Part shown: positions 22,068 to 24,442 of the stretch, piece after piece
Numbering within the stretch: the stretch's first letter is position 1
Layout of the letters: each line of letters begins with the position of its first letter
Source: Nitrososphaerota archaeon
Lineage (GTDB): Archaea; Thermoproteota; Nitrososphaeria; Nitrososphaerales; UBA57
Assembly: GCA_002713205.1 (NCBI GenBank)
Contig: PAVW01000014.1
Span: 1 to 24,442 of the forward strand
DNA length: 24,442 bases
Reading direction: 5' to 3'
Made by a program: the position numbers and the translations under genes
Notes under the pieces: model-generated
Databases searched by the model: none
Seen by the model: the letters and a program-made list of their open reading frames with translations, nothing else
Told to the model about the DNA's origin: nothing

Positions 22068-22247
22068 TCTTTTTTTCACTAGTAATTCGTGCTCGAATTC
22101 CTCTTCAGAGAACCAAATATTACAATTTAGACAATGGAATCTAGTCAATAAAATAGGTTAATATTTGGAAATAATTAGTTTTTTCATTTTTCTAAAAATC
22201 TCTATTAAGAATATATTTAAACGATGATGAGGTAGAAAAATTAGAAG

Positions 22248-22418
22248 ATGAGTTCAAAGAACAAAGAGAAGAGTCAAATGCCAGCATCACAAGCGGGTTT
22301 GCTTACTTTTTTTGGTGATGATAGTAAAGGGATCAAAATAACTCCAACGATAGTCATCGGAGGATGTGTTACTCTCATTGCAACATCCATTATTCTTCGA
22401 TTGTATCCAATTATTTAG
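22248..22418 (+). CDS. secG: Preprotein translocase subunit Sec61-beta (archaeal SecG), 56 aa; absent from the supplied ORF track
   Basis: Manual translation gives MSSKNKEKSQMPASQAGLLTFFGDDSKGIKITPTIVIGGCVTLIATSIILRLYPII*. It has a basic N-terminus, the AGL-x-x-F motif, a G-I-K-I-x-P segment and a single C-terminal TM, which is the Sec61-beta/Sbh1 architecture. A TATA-like aatatatttaaa lies about 30 nt upstream. Confidence 0.8.
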   Translation: MSSKNKEKSQMPASQAGLLTFFGDDSKGIKITPTIVIGGCVTLIATSIILRLYPII

Positions 22419-22442
22419 TTAGATTACGAGAAACTTTCCAAG

Positions 22443-24218
22443 ATGGAATCATCTTATAACATTCAGAGAAGATTTAGGCTACTTTTTAGATTACCTTCCG
22501 CTCCCGCGTCTTTCTTTCTTGCCACTGCAATAGTACTATCAATTTTATTCATACAGGGAATATTTGCAGAAACTGTCAGAAATTTAAATTTAATTCCCTT
22601 GTTTCTAATTCTGTTTTTTTCTTCAATAGTCATTGAAAGAATTATATTATGGAAGCATCCGTTTGCAACATTCCGTAGGTTATTTGCTGTTTCAATATTA
22701 CCAAACACAGTTTGGGCAGTGTTATCGGCTTTTGGATTATATCGTTTTACCGTCTTGGGTTCAGAAGATGTGTTCTATGTAATGGCATTAATGGGAATGT
22801 TTTCTGCAATAAGTATAAGAATATTAATTTTGGGTTCGGTTTTCTTTAACAGAATTGTGTATGGTGTATTAGTATCAATAATACAACCGTTAATTCTTTT
22901 TGCCAGTATCCCATACATTCAGATAGGAATTTTTTTTCCTAAAGAACAATTAATTCAATTATTAAACAAAGAACCATTTGCATTTTCTATAGGTATAATG
23001 ATTCCATTGGCTACAATGACCTATCTAATATTGTTAAATAAAACGGGAGGAGATATTTTAAAAAATTCACCGGTAAGGTTGCTGCAGGCATTTTTACAGG
23101 CTTGGGTTTCTGAAAGACCAAAATTATTCGAAGAATTATTTGATAAGATAAGTTTGGAAAAAGATGTATCAACCAAAATATTAGAATTTAAAACAAAAAC
23201 AAATCGAAGTGTTCTAATTGTTCCTGAAGTCCATCCTGGACCATTTCACCCTATTGGGAGTAGTAATCTGCCATTTGATTTATGGAAATGGTTTTCTAAT
23301 AAAAAATACCAACCATTGGTTTTTCATGGAATTTCTGGACATGAACACAATCTACCTTCAAAGAACGCATTGGAAAACTATCTAAGTTCTATGGAAAATT
23401 TTCAAGATGTTTCAGAGGGGAATCTCTGTACTGAAGCTGTTTCGGTAAATGTAGGTAAAGCTACGGTTACAGGATTTGGGATAGGCGATCATGCATTGAT
23501 TATGATAACATTATCGCCACATGGTATGGAGGATTTTCCAATATTCGTAAGGGAAAAAATCAATAAATTAGCTTTGGGTGTGGGTTTCAATGGATTAATT
23601 TTAATTGATAGTCATAATTCACAGGGTTCAAATCCAATGATGGAAGATTGTGGAAACGTAATAGAGGCTTCTAATAGACTATTACGAAAAATAAGATTTC
23701 TTCCACAATTTCCTTTTGAAGTAGGTTATGCGCATTCATCGCAATTAGATTTGTTAATGGGTGAAGATATTGGACCTGCAGGAATTGGTATGATTTTATT
23801 AAAAATCAATGGTAAGACTTATGAAATACTTGGTGTTGATGCAAATAACATGGTGTTGGGGTTGAGGGAAAAATTGATGGTGAAGTCTTCCCTTATAGAA
23901 ATTTGTACGTCAGATACACATTACAATGCATCTAAAGTAATGAATAAATTGGGATATTCTCCATTAGGTTCAATATCGTCCGAGGAAGATATTTCTTCTG
24001 TTATAAATAAATTAGAAAGACGAGCAAAACAATCATTAGAAAAAGGAATATTTTCAATCAAATATAATACGGCAAGGGTGCGCGTGTTGGGTTCTTCATT
24101 ATTAGATGATTACTCAATAGGAATGGATAAGGTATTTAATATTGCAAAAACCGGTGGTGTATTTTTGTTTCTTATTACGTTAATAATATATTCACTAGGT
24201 TACACTATTGCCAAATAA
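22443..24218 (+). CDS. Conserved-looking archaeal membrane protein: N-terminal multi-TM region plus a His-motif-rich soluble domain and a C-terminal TM (possibly DUF2070/COG3356-like)
   Basis: 591 aa with about 6-7 hydrophobic helices in the first ~200 aa. Motifs then follow: VPEVHPGPFHPIGSSNLP, FHGISGHEHNLPS, LIDSHNSQG and ICTSDTHYNA. The terminal helix is GGVFLFLITLIIYSLGY. The family name is a recollection and is unverified. Confidence 0.5.
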   Translation: MESSYNIQRRFRLLFRLPSAPASFFLATAIVLSILFIQGIFAETVRNLNLIPLFLILFFSSIVIERIILWKHPFATFRRLFAVSILPNTVWAVLSAFGLYRFTVLGSEDVFYVMALMGMFSAISIRILILGSVFFNRIVYGVLVSIIQPLILFASIPYIQIGIFFPKEQLIQLLNKEPFAFSIGIMIPLATMTYLILLNKTGGDILKNSPVRLLQAFLQAWVSERPKLFEELFDKISLEKDVSTKILEFKTKTNRSVLIVPEVHPGPFHPIGSSNLPFDLWKWFSNKKYQPLVFHGISGHEHNLPSKNALENYLSSMENFQDVSEGNLCTEAVSVNVGKATVTGFGIGDHALIMITLSPHGMEDFPIFVREKINKLALGVGFNGLILIDSHNSQGSNPMMEDCGNVIEASNRLLRKIRFLPQFPFEVGYAHSSQLDLLMGEDIGPAGIGMILLKINGKTYEILGVDANNMVLGLREKLMVKSSLIEICTSDTHYNASKVMNKLGYSPLGSISSEEDISSVINKLERRAKQSLEKGIFSIKYNTARVRVLGSSLLDDYSIGMDKVFNIAKTGGVFLFLITLIIYSLGYTIAK

Positions 24219-24442
24219 TCATGGCATGGGAAACCAAATCCAGGGTTCGCCCTGTGGGAAATAGGTCGGATAGCAATCAAAAACTTGGTTGTTAAGTCCT
24301 TGATAGCGTACATGATCAGATGTGTAATGAACACAAACGGAGATTTCAATATTTTCTCCTATATCTAAGAGTTCTAAAGGTATACCTGTGAGAAGTTGAG
24401 TTTTTTGTGTACCGATTAGACCAGGAAAATCATCCTTGCGTA
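24219..24442 (-). CDS. C-terminal fragment (73 aa) of an unidentified protein, truncated by the window edge
   Basis: The minus-strand frame is open from 24440 to the TGA at 24219-24221: RKDDFPGLIGTQKTQLLTGIPLELLDIGENIEISVCVHYTSDHVRYQGLNNQVFDCYPTYFPQGEPWIWFPMP*. The composition looks like coding sequence. I recognise no motif. Confidence 0.4.
   Translation of the reverse strand, partial: RKDDFPGLIGTQKTQLLTGIPLELLDIGENIEISVCVHYTSDHVRYQGLNNQVFDCYPTYFPQGEPWIWFPMP

Noticed and set aside
22029-22082. 17-aa ORF (MSSIFFHCIDTMESFFH) spanning the 24-bp palindrome
   Set aside because: It is too short, its reading frame is dictated by the palindrome itself, and nothing supports translation.
22224-22260. 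ATGATGA resembling a C-box of a C/D-box sRNA
   Set aside because: There is no matching D box (CTGA) or C'/D' pair at appropriate spacing, and the sequence overlaps the sec61-beta promoter and start.
22463-22708. 81-aa minus-strand ORF at the 5' end of the large membrane-protein gene
   Set aside because: It lies antisense to the first TM helices of a long continuous ORF.
1-24442. Defence islands, mobile elements, prophage remnants, and tRNA or rRNA genes
   Set aside because: I saw no integrase, transposase, Cas, restriction-modification or toxin-antitoxin-like products, no terminal inverted repeats around any block, and no GC-rich structured intergenic segment of tRNA size. The window looks like core chromosome.

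Overview
AT-rich archaeal chromosomal segment. The gene content is archaeal information processing: PriL-PriS primase, a GINS-like gene, aIF2-alpha, Nop10, L44e, S27e, AglB/STT3 and Sec61-beta. Together with several membrane-anchored cupredoxin-type proteins, this suggests an inferred (not proven) Nitrososphaerota/Thaumarchaeota, Nitrosopumilales-like origin. Genes are densely packed and mostly housekeeping, including glnA, glyA, hsp20 and a PspC-domain protein. I see no rRNA, tRNA, CRISPR array, transposase or integrase. Two short genes missing from the ORF track can be read directly: Nop10 (6269-6436) and Sec61-beta (22248-22418). A C-terminal gene fragment on the minus strand runs off the right edge. 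The most interesting region is 89-5425. A membrane-anchored PQQ-type beta-propeller dehydrogenase homologue is divergently paired with four co-directional extracytoplasmic genes: an amicyanin-like type-1 copper protein, an 11-Cys small protein, a Met/His/acidic-rich cupredoxin-like protein that looks split by an inserted domain, and a polytopic membrane protein whose predicted mature N-terminus is a histidine. I read this as a candidate uncharacterised copper-handling or electron-transfer module. The second notable item is a compact eRF1-fold protein (14376-15440) that keeps the catalytic GGQ motif but lacks recognisable NIKS and YxCxxxF stop-codon-reading motifs. It lies near an AbrB-type regulator, a small HExxH metallopeptidase and hsp20. 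Non-coding structure includes a perfect 31-bp tandem repeat at the left edge, a symmetric hairpin terminator between glnA and the AbrB gene, and strong palindromes upstream of hsp20 and in the nre/sec61-beta intergenic region. All functional calls come from motif recognition by eye; no searches were run.
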